A stretch of DNA of 64,000 nucleotides, taken from Carcharhinus amblyrhynchos. Lineage: Eukaryota. The notes beneath the pieces were generated by a model. That model had not been told where the DNA came from. It saw only the letters and a list, made by a program, of their open reading frames with translations, and did no database searches. Shown piece by piece: positions 14,050 to 26,601 of the stretch (the first letter of the stretch is position 1; each line of letters begins with the position of its first letter). The position numbers and the translations under genes are program-made. The stretch is from positions 19,716,001-19,780,000 of the forward strand of contig OZ336890.1 in the NCBI GenBank assembly GCA_965287045.1, read 5' to 3'.

Positions 14050-15185
14050 CTTTTGCAGCAGAACCTATGTCTGACCCCATGTTCCAGAGAGTTTCTTTTA
14101 ATGGAATTCAATCTCTGGCATTTTATTCTTGTCTATCCAAACGTAACTGGAGAATTACTATCAATGACTTCCATTCCGACAGTTTGCCTGGTGTCCAATT
14201 TCTCATTTGCCTGCTGCTTCTCATCACATCATCTAAAAAGTAAAACTTCAGTTTATACACATATGCTGACAGCGCCCAACATTACCTCACCACCTCCACT
14301 GCCTTCACATTGCCAGGCTGCTTATCTGATAACCAACACTGGCTAATCAGAAACTCCCTCACTTAAAATGATGGCTTCAGTTTTTCCAGTGTTTAAGACC
14401 CTGCCAGAAAAATCTGTTCCTTAATCACTGACTAGAGAGGAACCTTCAGTCAAGTATCCATACTATCATTAAAGCTGCCTATTTCTACTTCCATATTGGA
14501 CTTCATTCCTGCCTCAGCTCTTCTGCTGCTATAATCTTCATCCATGCAACTGTTGATTTTCCAATGTACTCCTTCTGGGCATGCATTCTAACCTCCATAA
14601 ACTTCAGAGGATCTGCTGTCCATGTCCTAACTTGCACCAAGCCCCATTCACCCATCACCCCAATGGTCATTGATCTATATTGACTTTCAATTAAATTTAT
14701 TTTAAAATTTTCATCCTTGTTTTCAAATTTCTCCATGACCTGTAAAGTTCTCCAAATGTACAACTTTCTGAAATACCTGCTCTCCTCTAATTCCAGCCTG
14801 TTGAACATCCCTGATTTTAATTGCACCTCCATTGGCTGCAGGCCTTTCATATGTCTATGGCCTAAGGTCTGGAATTTCCTCCCTAAATCTACCTCATGTT
14901 CCTCCTTGAAACCTACCACTTCAACCAAATTATTAGTAAAAGATAAAAACAAATTACTGCAGAAGCTGGAATCTGAAACAATGACAGAAAATGCAGGAAA
15001 ATCTCAGTATGTCTGACAGTATCTGTGGAGTCACAGCCAAGCTAACATTTCAAGTCTGGATGATTCTTTGTCAGAGCTAAACCATCTGCCCTAATACTTC
15101 CTTTTGCTGATCAGTGTCTTATTTTGCTTTGTAATGTCTCTGCTAAGTGCCTTGGGGTATCTTATTGTGTTAAAGGCGCTATTTA
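14050..15185 (+). mobile_element. Decayed L2 LINE 3' part, interrupted by a Penelope-like insert
   Basis: tatgctgacagcgcccaacattacctc resembles YADDTQLYL; typical L2 3' end aagtgccttggg...gttaaaggcgctat at about 15146-15182. Confidence 0.7.
14944..15080 (-). mobile_element. Penelope-like short insert with decayed hammerhead motif
   Basis: Same family as 26481, 49022, 52545; minus strand reads AGCT CTGACAA A GAATC ATCCA GACTT GAAATGTT AGCT (15040-15078). Confidence 0.65.
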
Positions 15186-15475
15186 GTCCATGCCTCTACA
15201 TTATTGGTTAGCAATACAAGCATACACCCTGCTATTCCATTTTCAACACTGAAACATTGAAATCTGGGTCTTTCTATTCCTTAGCCAGGAATGGTTGTTT
15301 TCTCCTGTTTCCATGATACCCTGATGCTGAAAGAGAATGAGTACAAGAGGGAGGGACATGAATAACAGCTATATGCCTAACGATGTTTATTGGCAATAGT
15401 TTGCGATACTGATCATGAACAGTTAATTTTGTATGCATTGTTAGTTGCAGAATAACATTACATTCGATCATTTAA

Positions 15476-15545
15476 GCAGTTTCCAGGAAACCAAAGTCTT
15501 TGGGTTCCAGGGGGAGTATGGTTGCAAAGCTGAAACTTAAAGGAA
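15476..15545 (+). rRNA. 70-bp fragment of 18S rRNA (isolated, non-functional rDNA-derived insertion)
   Basis: gcagtttccaggaaaccaaagtctttgggttccagggggagtatggttgcaaagctgaaacttaaaggaa matches the conserved eukaryotic 18S segment GCAGCTTCCGGGAAACC...CTTAAAGGAA with 3 differences against the recalled vertebrate sequence; flanks are not rRNA. Confidence 0.9.
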
Positions 15546-16279
15546 GAACTCCAGACTAATAACCAGCAAACAGAGGGAAAGTAATAAATATACTTTATTT
15601 CAATTCTTATCGTTTCTGATCAAACACATGATTGAGAAAGTGCAGCATATTCCTGCTCAAACACGAGGTGAAATGGGATGGTATTTCATGGGGTTACGAT
15701 CCTAATTCCCTCTGAACCGAATTTCTAAACTCATTCCATCAAAGGAAGGAAAATTAAGAGGGTGAAATCAAAGCTATCTGTACCATCAGTAAAAGTATTC
15801 TAAACAGATGTAAGTTTGGTCATGGTATTGACTCAATGATTCTATGTGAAATATATTTGGAAAAATTTAACTTGGTTCATCTCAATATGTGATTATGACA
15901 CATGTCTATAGTTGTTACATTAATTATCATTAAGTTCCCACATTAACAACAAGTTGAAAAAATATCATACGTTATTCACCATGCTACATAGAAACCAGCT
16001 GTTGCTCAATCCCCAACATCTCAGCCATCAGAACTGCATCCTTCCAATTCTTCAGAATCATCAGTCTCTTCCCTGTCATTTCATATCCACTGCCTCAAAA
16101 CCTACATCTAGGCTTCTGTGATTTATGGACTAAACTCTCCAGCTTCGTTCTCCCCATCCTCCTGATTTCCACTCTGCATTAACAGCAATAAGTCTAAAAT
16201 CTGCTGCCAGCGTCCTGTTCTAAAGTAGGTCCTGCAATCCTGCACCCCAGCTAAATTCACTGTTAACATTATTATCAAA

Positions 16280-16364
16280 TAAATCGGTTGGACTAAAACC
16301 TGCTGTTGTCAGACTTTTTACTGTGTTTACGCCAGTCCAACGCCGGCATACCCACATCATGAAC
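16280..16364. mobile_element. Short Penelope-like terminal fragment with 9-bp TSD
   Basis: Reverse-complement relative of 27468-27520; attatcaaa at 16271-16279 and 16365-16373. Confidence 0.65.
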
Positions 16365-16484
16365 ATTATCAAAAGACAGGTAACAACCACCATCTGAAAC
16401 TATAGGACATGTTCAAATCATAGATTTTCAATTAAAATATTGCAATTCTGGAATTAATGTCTTGTGTCTAATCTACAAAATATG

Positions 16485-18455
16485 AATCAAGAATAGGTCA
16501 ACTGCCTCCTCCCAAATATTCCCTGCCATTCAATCAGATCATGGCTGATCTGATTTTAGTCTCAAATTCACATTCCTGCCTACCCCTGATAATCTTTCAC
16601 ATCCTTGCTTATCAAGGGGGTATCCTAGGCCCAACCATCTTCAGCTGCTTCATCAATGACCTTCCTTCTTTCATAAGGTTGGAAGTGGGAATGTTCACAG
16701 ATGATTGCATAAAGTTTGGCACCATTCGTGATAACTCTGATACTAAAGCAGTCCATGTCCAAATTCAGAAAGACCTGGACAATATCCAGGCTTGGGCTGA
16801 CAAGTAGCTAGTAATACTCATGTCACACAATGCCCATCTCTAACAGACAGGATCTAACCATCATCCCTCGACATTCAATTGCATCACCATCACTGAATCT
16901 TCCAATACCAAATCCTGGGGTTACCATTGACCAGAAACAGAATTGGACTAGCCATATGAATACTATGGCTACAACAGCAGATCAATGGTTAGGAATCCAG
17001 TTGCGATGAAGTCTGTCCACAATCTACAAGGCACAAATTATAGGGGTATTATGGAATTTTCTCCACTTGCCTGGGTGAATTCAGCTCCAACAACATTCAA
17101 GAAACTTGACACCATCTGGGACACTTGATTGCTTCTTGTTCCACCGACATTCAATCCCTCCATCACCGGCAAACAATGACAGACATGTGTACCATCTACA
17201 AGATGCACCACAGAAACTTACCAAGGCTCCTTAGACTTGGACAGCATCTTCCAAATCCACAACGACTACCACCTAGAAGGACAATGGCACCAGATATCTG
17301 GAAACATAGCCATCGGAGGTTCTCTTCCAAGTCACTCACAATCCTGACTTAGAACTACATCATCGTTCTTCACTGTTGGGTCTGAATCTTGGAATTCCAT
17401 CCTTAACAGAACCAGTGCCTATGCTTCAGGGACTGCAATGGTTCAAGAAGGCAGCTCACCACCACATCCTCAAAGGCAAGTCGGGATGGACAATAAATGC
17501 TGACCTAATCAACGATGCCCACATCCTTTAGATTATTTTTTTAAAAATAATCTATTTGCCTCTGTCTTAAAGATATTCAAGGACTTTGCCTCAACAACCT
17601 TTTCAGGAAGAGAATTCCAACATCTCAACCCTCTAAGAGATTTTTTTAGTTCATCTCTTTCCAAAATATATGACCCTTTATTTTGAAAGAATGATATTGA
17701 TTTCTAGGTCCTCCCACAAAACAAAACATCCCTTCCACATCCAATCTGTCAAGTCCCCTCAAAATCTTATATGTTTCAATCAAGTCAACTATTACTGTAC
17801 TAAACTCCAGCGGAATATGAGCCTTGCACATCCAACAATTCCTCATAAGACAACCCACCCAATCCAGGTATTAATCTAGTAAACCTTCTCTGAACTACTA
17901 ATGCATTTATATCTTTCCTTACATATGGTGACAATCACTGTACACAGTATTCCAGATGTGGTCACACCAATGCTCTGTATAACGGAAATAATCCCTCTAC
18001 TTTTGTATTCAATTCCCCTTGCTAAAAAACTGTAACATTCTATTAGCATTGCTAATTAATTGCTGCGTCTGTGTACTAACCTATTGTGATTCATGCACTA
18101 GGACACCCAGATTCCTCTACATCTCAGATTTATGCGCTCTCTTACCATTTAATCTACCTCCTTCTATTTGTCCAGCCAAAATTGACAACCTCACATGTTC
18201 CCACTTCTTATTCCATTTGCCATATCTTTGTCCGTTCACCTAATCTATCGATATTCTTTTGTAGGATATGTCCTCTTGTTTTCCTGCCAATCTTTGTGTC
18301 ATTAGCACACCATCGGTCCCTTTATCCAAATCATTTATCTAAATTGTAAAGAGGTGGGACCTCAGCACTGATCCCTGCAGCACACAATTTGTTACATTCT
18401 GCCAACCAGAAAATGACCCATTTATGCCAACTCTTTTTCTGTTTGCTAACCAATT
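16485..18455 (-). mobile_element. CR1 LINE 3' portion, split by a nested LINE at 16616-17545
   Basis: Minus-strand ORF 17646-17858 contains DLIETYKILRGLDRLDVEGMF (CR1 ORF2 C-terminus); the 3' UTR part at 16485-16615 continues at about 17548 (aatctatttgcctctgtcttaaa). Confidence 0.8.
16616..17545 (+). mobile_element. 5'-truncated LINE (CR1/L2 group) RT to 3' end, nested in an opposite-strand CR1
   Basis: QGGILGPTIFSCFINDLP...GMFTDD RT motifs; 3' end ggcagctcaccaccac...caataaatgctg shared with 28305 and with the SINE tail at 21178. Confidence 0.85.
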
Positions 18456-18459
18456 TCGT

Positions 18460-18660
18460 TAACATTTGTGAACAAGATGGGCTTTTACAACAATTGACAG
18501 TGGTTTTATGGCCATCAGTAAATTATTAATTCCAGATTTTTTTTTATTGAATGCAAATTCTACCATCTGCTGTAGCAGGATTTGAACGCGGGTCCCCAGA
18601 ACATTAATTGAGTTTCTTGAGTAATCGTCTAGTGACAATACCACTAAGCCATTGCCTCCT
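18460..18660 (-). mobile_element. tRNA-headed SINE, 5' half
   Basis: Homologous to 21340-21536; B-box complement ggatttgaac. Confidence 0.75.
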
Positions 18661-19020
18661 CCTGACTGTTGAATCCTAAACTGGCTATTAATACACTGTC
18701 CCCAACACTAAGCACTTAGCAGCCAATCACCTTACTATCAGTTCCTATACTATCTTAAACCTTAATAAAATAAATCTTAAACATTTATTGATATTCACCA
18801 GATATTCATTGAACAGCGAGTGATGATATTATTTGCATCTTGTCTCTCATTTTGAACTCTTCATTGACAAGTTCCGAGCAGCTGACCAATGTGCCTCTCT
18901 GACTCCCAAGTAAGTGTATAGGCTTTGAACCGTAGCACCCTTACAGATCCAACATCTCTCCAACTCCCAGGTAACCTGCAGAGACTTTCCTTGCATACTA
19001 AATAATACAGTGGCTTATTA

Positions 19021-19238
19021 TTTTGATTTGATTTATTATTGTCATATGTATTAACATACAGTGAAAAGTATTGTTTCTTGCATGCTAAACAGACAAAACA
19101 TACTGTTCATAGAGAAGGAAGTGAGACAGTGCAAAATGTAGTGTTACAGTCATAGCTAGGGTATAGAGAAGGGTCAACTTAATGCAAGGTAAGTCCATCC
19201 AAAAGTCTGACAGGGAAGAAGCTGTTCTTGAATCGGTT
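19021..19238 (-). mobile_element. Rex1/Babar-type LINE 3' end
   Basis: Minus strand encodes NRFKNSFFP; (tttga)n-type tail at 19021; homologous to 62650-62812. Confidence 0.7.
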
Positions 19239-21177
19239 ATACAAAGTTATATAATTTAAATTATATAAAATTATATAATTTTGTCAAAGGGTTACAAATG
19301 CTTTTTTCACATAGATGTAAATTCACATGGAATGTTGATCAATTGTGATAGGTCATTAATTCTGGTATTGTTATCAACCAGTTAACTTCAACCAATGGCT
19401 ATAGCGTGCATTAGAAGTATAATCATTTGCAAGCATCACCTCCTTGTAGGAGATTTTGCTTCCACAACAACAGTGTTTTATGTTTCAATATAAATGATAT
19501 ATATATATTACAGAATGAATGTTAGATTAACCTTAAGCACCATGCAGTCCACTGCCATCGCGATACACAGTCTGAAATTCTTAAATCAGCTTTGTTAGTC
19601 AATTTAAATACAGCAAAAACATTATGTAATTTAAAGCTGTTCCCATATAGATGTGTAGCCACTATATAAAGCCATACTGTTATGATTGGGTGAAGAGGGA
19701 TTGAATGGCTCCCTCTCTTTGCCCTTTCCTCATTTGACTGCAATAGGTTTTTTTTCCTTGAAATGGGTATATTTGCCATTTCAGTCAGTTGTCAACTGTT
19801 CCTGTGCTGGGAGCATAGATGAACACTCAGGGCAGGTTTTCATGAGTTTAACAATACAAAAATTAAGGTTTATATACACACGCACTTGAAGTCCACACAC
19901 AAATACAGATTACAGAGGGGGGAAGGATAGGTTGTTCAAAAAAAGAGTCCATAGAAGTTGAAGGAATTTGCAATTTGTGGTTTGGTGACTTCAGGCTGAA
20001 TCCAGTGGTATAGCTTTCACTCAGTGGTCTTCTGCTTTCAACATTGAGGTGGTTATGAATGATCTATTTGTTCTTCTGCAGCCACCACTGTGGAGTTGAG
20101 TTTCTTCTTTAAAATCTCTCAGAGTCAAACAATAGCAGACATGTCTCAAAAACTGGTAAATTGGGTGGACAGAAAGAGAGAGGAAGGAAGGGTCTCTCTC
20201 AGCTTCTCAGCTGCTTGTCCTTAGTTCGGTTAAGAAAACAAATGCTTCAAACAAGCAAATGATTGACGTTTATGTGACCACTTCTCCAACTGACCAATAA
20301 TTCAAACATAATTGTGTATTTCAATTGTAACTTGATTAGAACAGGCTTGGGGATTTCCTTCCTTATCCAGGGTCCCATTGCTCAAGTGCTTAGACTTGAT
20401 GGCTTGTCTATGCCCAATTGATTTTCTGGATGTTGCGCTCATGGGGTAAGAAATATGATTAATTCACATTCCTCAATGTTTTTGATGTGTTTTCCCAGAC
20501 ATGCTATCTCCATCTCAATGGGGTTGGAAGGTGCAATGTAGAGTAATCCCAATTAGGTAACTATCTTGGCTGTTGATTAAGTAACTTCAGTTTGTGTTTT
20601 TTTAAAAAGTCTGTTTTTCATTAAAGAGAAGCCTACCAACTGGATCAATGGGAACAAGCGACACCACCCCTTTACAGAGTCTCAGCCCAAGTCCAATCAG
20701 AGTGGAACAGACAGTTCTGCAGAGTCTGACATGGAGATTACATCCAGTGAAATCAAAGAAAGAAGAAAACATGCAGATGGAAGACCAAAGGGAAAACTCA
20801 GGCGTCAAGCTGGCTGTGAGGAGGCAAAGCTATGAGAAATATCAGGTTGAGAAAGCAGTCTCAGACAAAACCAGCACCACATATAATTTTGCAGGCAGAA
20901 ATTTCCTTTCACGACAAAAAAAGAAAGATAATAATTTTCCAATTATGTTTCCAACTGATGGATTAAAATTGTGTTTTAGCATAAAGCACATCTTCATGAC
21001 AAAACTTTTATATTTTTGATGGATTGTTGTGTTTTAATTAATCTTCCTTAAAGAGTAGATTGAAAGGTTTGACAACAGATTGAGGGAATTATTCTTTTTC
21101 TCAGTTTAAACTTTGTGTTATACCAATTTTGCAAACCTTTGAATTTAATGTATTTTTGCTTGACTATCAGACATCTT

Positions 21178-21536
21178 TTTTATTCATTTATGGGACATGG
21201 GTGTCACTGACTGGTCAGCATTTATTGCCCATCCCCAGTTATCCTTGGAGGGCAGTTGAGAGTTAACTACATTGCTGTGGCTCTGGAGTCAAATGTAGGC
21301 CAGACCAGGTAAGGACAACATATTTCCTTCCCTAAAGGACATTAGTGAACCAGATAGGTTTTCCCGACAATCGACAATGATTTCATGATTATCAGTGGAT
21401 TCTTAATTCTAAATATTTTTTATTGAGTTCAACTTTCACCATCTGCCATGGCAGGATTTGAACCGAAGCCTTCAGAACATTTGTTGAGTTTCTGGGTTAA
21501 TGGTCGAGCAATAATACCACTAAGTTATTGCCTCCC
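21178..21536 (-). mobile_element. tRNA-headed SINE sharing its 3' tail with the LINE at 16616-17545
   Basis: cagcatttattgcccatccc is the reverse complement of the LINE 3' end; tRNA-like head with ggatttgaacc. Confidence 0.8.
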
Positions 21537-23008
21537 CTCCCCATGCAAATTAGCAGATATAATCTAGTGTAATATTATGTATGTTACTGGAAGTCAATAA
21601 TGAGTTACAAAATCAATATATACTCAAATAGTTCTGAAAACATCAGCAAACTTCAACAGAAATTTGGGTTGGAATTACTACTTCAACATCACAACTAACT
21701 TTGTTAGTAAACACAATTTTATAATTCATATTAAATTTAATGTCAAATGAGAGGTTCAGTTGTCCCAAGTCCTAATGACAGAACCTGAAGGCAACTGAGA
21801 TTATGTACAGATACTAAACCAGTACAAAGTTTATCCTACCTCCACCAACATCAGATTACCAGTAATTAAATAACTAAAGTCATTTTAAAACTTTAACACA
21901 GTCTCAGGGCTTCAATGACACTGGGAAGTGTACCAATAAAACTTAAATACTGCAATCGTTACATAATCAGAGCCTAAAGGTTAAGTTACTGGCTGTTAAT
22001 ACACTTTAACTCATACAACTTCACATTTAGTTGCAAGTGTAAGTTATCTCATTTGATGTTCTTGGGCGATTGTACCACCTGGGTTTGTTGTCATGAAAAT
22101 TCTACTGTTAAAAAAATACATATTCTTTTAAAAGGTGTTGCGATTGCGATTCCTTCCAGCGGTACTTGTTACCATCTGAGAAAATGATCTGAGAATGAAA
22201 GAAAATAAGAGGCAGATTTGTGTGATTGTGTATCAGTTTCATTTGTTGCAATGTGATGACTAGTTTTTTTAACTATTAATCAAAAGATTCTTCTTAAACT
22301 GACAAAGTAAAGGCTTATAATAGTGTCCAAGGAGTGTAACAAATAAGAAAGAATGCAAGATATGTCAAGCATAATTTTTATTCCACCTGACCCTAGCAGT
22401 CACCAAATGTATAGCTCAGTGGGAAACTCTAGGTTTGATCACCAATCTGTGCTGATTTGATAATCTCAACCGTGCCAGCACAACAATTACTGTAAAAAAG
22501 TACTCCAGGGTTAGGGAATGAGAAATTAGTCAGAGCTTCTGTTCCAGGTTGTTATCTTGGAATTCCTGTCCAGGATGCGAGCTTATGAATATTGAATGAT
22601 GAAGACATAAGGTTTTGTCCCATTCTCAGAAAGATGGCCATCATTTAACGTCAAGATTTACATCTGAATATTAGTCAGTGGATGAGGTTCTGGAGGGTGA
22701 CTGGCCTGAAAGATGACATTGCCCCTCCATTATTCCTGAGCCTTTTCCATGCCCTATGTCTCCTCCAGCACCTTCCTATCACTAATTAACTATGGACGAT
22801 GCCACAAAATATCCATTGGTATTATATGATCATATGTTTTCTTGACTTTGCTACAAAAATGAACTTAATGATCTAATAAGATCTATATATAAAATTGTGA
22901 TTTCTTAGAATACTCACAGTAACTTCATCACAGTGTGAAAGTAAGCCTACTTGTGACTAATAAATAATTTTAACTTTTACTTTGGACTGGTATCATCTGC
23001 AATATTCA

Positions 23009-23315
23009 TCATAGAATCCCTAAGTGCAGAAGGAGGACATTTGGCCCATTGTGTCTGCACCAACCACAATCCAGGCCCTATGCCCATAACCCCAAGTATT
23101 TGTCCTGCTAATCCCCCTGGCACTTAAAGCTGATCATGGCCAATCCACCTAACCTGCATATCTTTGGAGTGTGGGAGGAAACCGCAGCACTCAGAGGATA
23201 CCCACACAGACATGGAGGGAGCATAGAACTCCACACAGTCACCTGAAGCCAGAATTGAACCCAGGTCCCTGGTGCTGTGAGGCAGCAATGCTAACCACTG
23301 CACCAGCCTGCCATC
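23009..23315 (-). mobile_element. tRNA-derived SINE (HE1/V-SINE-like)
   Basis: Reverse complement of the 11120 family head and core (gaattgaacccaggtccctggtgctgtgaggcagc); CR1-type tail catagaatccc. Confidence 0.85.
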
Positions 23316-23334
23316 CTGTAGGGTTCCAGGTCAG

Positions 23335-23455
23335 GTGATGAAGGCCATTGACTTGGAACCTTACCTCTGTTTTTCTCTCTCTACAGATGCTGTCAGCCCT
23401 GTTGTGTATCTGTTTTTATTTCAGATTTCCAGGATCTGCTGTATGTTGCTTTATT
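23335..23455 (+). mobile_element. Penelope-like short insert, decayed hammerhead motif
   Basis: gtgatgaaggccattgacttggaacc followed by ctctctacagatgctg...atttcagatttccag, the reverse complement of the 26481/49022 family. Confidence 0.6.
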
Positions 23456-24834
23456 TTGCTCCTCCTCGCATACATTTCTTTTTGGTCTTTATCGTTCGTT
23501 GACAGTTGAACTTAGCAGGTACCACATGAAAATACTACGCCACGTCATTTTATCAGCCTAATCACTTCAACTCATTGTGTGAGAATGGAAATAGCTGAAC
23601 CGCTAAGCTGATGCCACTTCCTTATTAGTTTCTGCTGTTCGCATCTGATGTCATCTGAGCAAGATATTCACTCGAGAATGAAAAAAAGGCATAAAATGTA
23701 ATTATTCTGATACAAAAACTCTTTATATCAGCTTCCGCATGAGAAAATCTAACAAATGTTCGAGCAACTGAAACATCCAACAAACGTCGAGCATTCAACC
23801 CAAGCTACCTGAACATTAATGGTACCATTAATCCCTAACATAAGGCACGTAAGCACGTACCCCTTTTGAAATATTTTTTAAAATGAGCTATTTTATATTT
23901 AGAATTTCCACCTGGGGCTCAGTGTGAAATGCAACTTGAACAGCTTGTTGGCTGTCGTGGCTTCACTGACTTCATTGAATCTTGGATTGTGTGGTCGGTG
24001 TTATTCAAGGTCCAATTTTCCTATCACGTGCCCCGCCCCGCCCCCTTGTCGTTTAATCACGCAGAAGTAAAAAAAACAAGGGTTTGTTGAAAAGTGAACT
24101 GTGTGTGATTTTAGCAAAACACTTACCCACACCACATAGTGCAAATAATTAGCAAAGTACCTGTGGCCCCCAAATGAACAACCGACCAATTTTACACCGG
24201 ATAGAATGGATAGAATAGCGTCTGGGATTTAATGCTTTGTAGCGTTGAAGTTTTTATTTCTAAAAAAGATGCGTTCAATTTTTGGACCCCCTTTTCCCCA
24301 TTTTTCATTACATTTGGTGGGTTTACGAATGTTCATGGTGGTGAGTACTGGTGTCACAGAGTAGGTACATCTCATGATTTTCAGACTAATATTTGGACTC
24401 AACTTGTACCCTTGCCCCTCGAAGGATCCTTCACTCTTCCGTGTATGTTGCAATATATGCGAGAAGAACTGGTTCACATGCAAATTATGGATAAAAAATA
24501 TCCTGTAATTGTTTGTTAGCATACATCATGCTTTAACCTTGGTTAGAAAGAACTGATTAATGGTATCAAGTCTGATGAATAATCTGAACCCATTCTACTT
24601 CTGGTGCAGGGTTGAGGATGATCCAAAGGGCTGCTGTTTACATGGAAAAGGAGTTTGGAAACAAATGGGCGAACGTCAAAGGCTGGAGGCCATTGATATT
24701 TAATACGTCAGCCTCTCGTTCCTGTTGAAATTGTTGCCTTCTCCGGCTCTCCAAATTGGAGACAAATTTTTGTAAAGTCAATACCTTTAATCGCTTCGTC
24801 AGCAATGTCAAAGCACAAAAGATCCAGAAACTGG

Positions 24835-25410
24835 CAACCCACTCACCACCAGAATCACCCTGCCCCCACCCCATACACACAAAACCACCCCCACCCCAGA
24901 CACTCAGCAACAGAACCAACCTTCACAAACACACACTCTTACTTACACACACGTATACACAGAACCCCTCCCTGTCCCAACCACTCACCAACAGAACCAC
25001 CCTCCCCCCACACACAAAACCACCCCTACCCCAAATACACACTCACCAACAGAACTACCCTGCCCCCCCCCACATACACAAAACCACCCCTACCCCAAAC
25101 ACACTCACCAACAGAACCACCCTGCCCCACACACACTCATACATACAACCACCCTTCCCCAACACACACAAAACCACCCCTGCCCCAAACACACACCAAC
25201 AGAATCACCGTGCACCACACACACACACACACAGACCCCCCCCCCTCCTTGTTCCAAACTAATCATACAACCACCCTGCCCCACACACACACACTCGCAC
25301 ACACACCCTACCCTGCCTCAAACACACACACTCAGACACATACACAACACCCACTCCCTGCCGCAAACACCCCCGCACACACAGGATCAGCCTGCCCCAA
25401 ACACCCACAA
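24835..25410. repeat. C/A-rich degenerate minisatellite (about 55-60 bp unit)
   Basis: Recurring caccaacagaaccaccctgcccc...cacacaaaaccacccctaccccaaacacact; very few G on + strand. Confidence 0.9.
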
Positions 25411-25479
25411 TGTACCAGTGGACTGGGGATACAGCCGGGGTTGTGTGACACTGTGCTATGTGTGGGTGAGGCTGGGGAG

Positions 25480-25590
25480 CTCTATATCGGGGCGGGGCGG
25501 AATTCTACTTTCCACCGACAGTAGCCCCAGAAAGAGCCCGATATGCTCCCGGCGGTGGTGCCGGAGCCCGGGCTGTGATCTGACGCAAAT
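25480..25590. promoter_or_regulatory. GC-box/CpG-rich promoter- or enhancer-like element
   Basis: ggggcggggcgg at about 25489-25500, dense CpG, tgacgcaa bZIP-type site at 25581; a second cluster (cacgtg plus ccccgccccgcccc) at 24025-24045. Confidence 0.4.
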
Positions 25591-26480
25591 GGAAAATGTC
25601 TTCAGAGCTTAAAGAGGAATAATGTGCGTCAATGTCTGGTCTCATGCGAGCAGCACGGGCCACACCGAGCATAAGTAAGCCATTATTATAGATGGGTGCG
25701 CCGTCTGATGTTGAGTCAGAACTTGCTGCTGCATTTGAACATTCTGAAATGAACGTTGTAAATAAAATCATGGCAACAATAGCATGTATTGATAAAAAGA
25801 GAGCACATGGGGGTGTAGAATGAGTGAGACACTATTTAAGGATATCAAACGTGAATAATTCCAAAAGAAAGAGAGAGAGAACTGTTGAAACCAAATATTC
25901 TAGGATGTTGTGGAGTGAAATTTGAAATTCAGAATAGGTATGTTCTCTCTGTCTGCTTTAATTTGGCTAAAGGTTTAATTCGAAACGACAGGGAGAGGGT
26001 TTAAACTCGGCGAGGTGAACGAAATTTGCCTATGTCAGCGAGTGCACGGACCGGGCCAAGTCTGCTTTGACCTATGTGGACATACGGTATGGTGGGTGTG
26101 TAAATTGGGAATTGGTGTTTCAGAGACCCCCCCCCCCCCCCCCCCCGCCCCTCAATGCTAAGCCGCTAACTCTCTGCCGGAGATCAGAGAGATTGGCATC
26201 TGTACGCGGCTGACTGTTACTATAAATACACCACATTACAGCAACTGCGTCAGTCAATGCTGTGCACGAACAGCCAATAACACATTTCCACGGTCTCCAA
26301 ATATATAGATTAAAAAAACAGCCACATCTGGATAGAGTGTGGGCGGGGGTGAAGGGTAGGGGGGGGGGGGGTCGAGGTGTGTGTGTGTGTGGGGGGGGGG
26401 GAGTTTAAAGCGAAAGTGTTTCCCTCCCCTCGCTCCCAGTAAACACTTTCTTCATAACGAGATCAAAGAGAATGAAGCTT

Positions 26481-26601
26481 AAAGACAAAAACGCTGGAAA
26501 ATCTCAACAGGTCTGGCAGCATCTGTAAGGAGAGAAAAGAGCTGACGTTTCGAGTCCAGGTGACCCTTTGTCAAAGCTAAAAGGCATAGAAAGTGGGAGA
26601 T
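26481..26601 (-). mobile_element. Penelope-like short insert with 14-bp TSD
   Basis: agagaatgaagctt at 26467-26480 and 26602-26615 flank the insert; contains a hammerhead motif. Confidence 0.8.
26540..26578 (-). ncRNA. Minimal type I hammerhead ribozyme motif (U3-A8 variant)
   Basis: Minus strand: AGCU UUGACAA A GGGUC ACCUG GACUC GAAA CG UC AGCU, i.e. stem I, core, stem II, GAAA, palindromic ACGU in place of stem III, GUC cleavage triplet. Confidence 0.7.

Noticed and set aside
19780-21170. Possible solo LTRs and a 123-aa ORF at 20648
   Set aside because: LTR-like texture only; no TG...CA boundaries with TSD confirmed, and the ORF has no recognisable domain.
24756-25524. 168-aa and 239-aa Pro/His/Thr-rich ORFs
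   Set aside because: A C/A-rich minisatellite rarely generates stop codons; no coding features.
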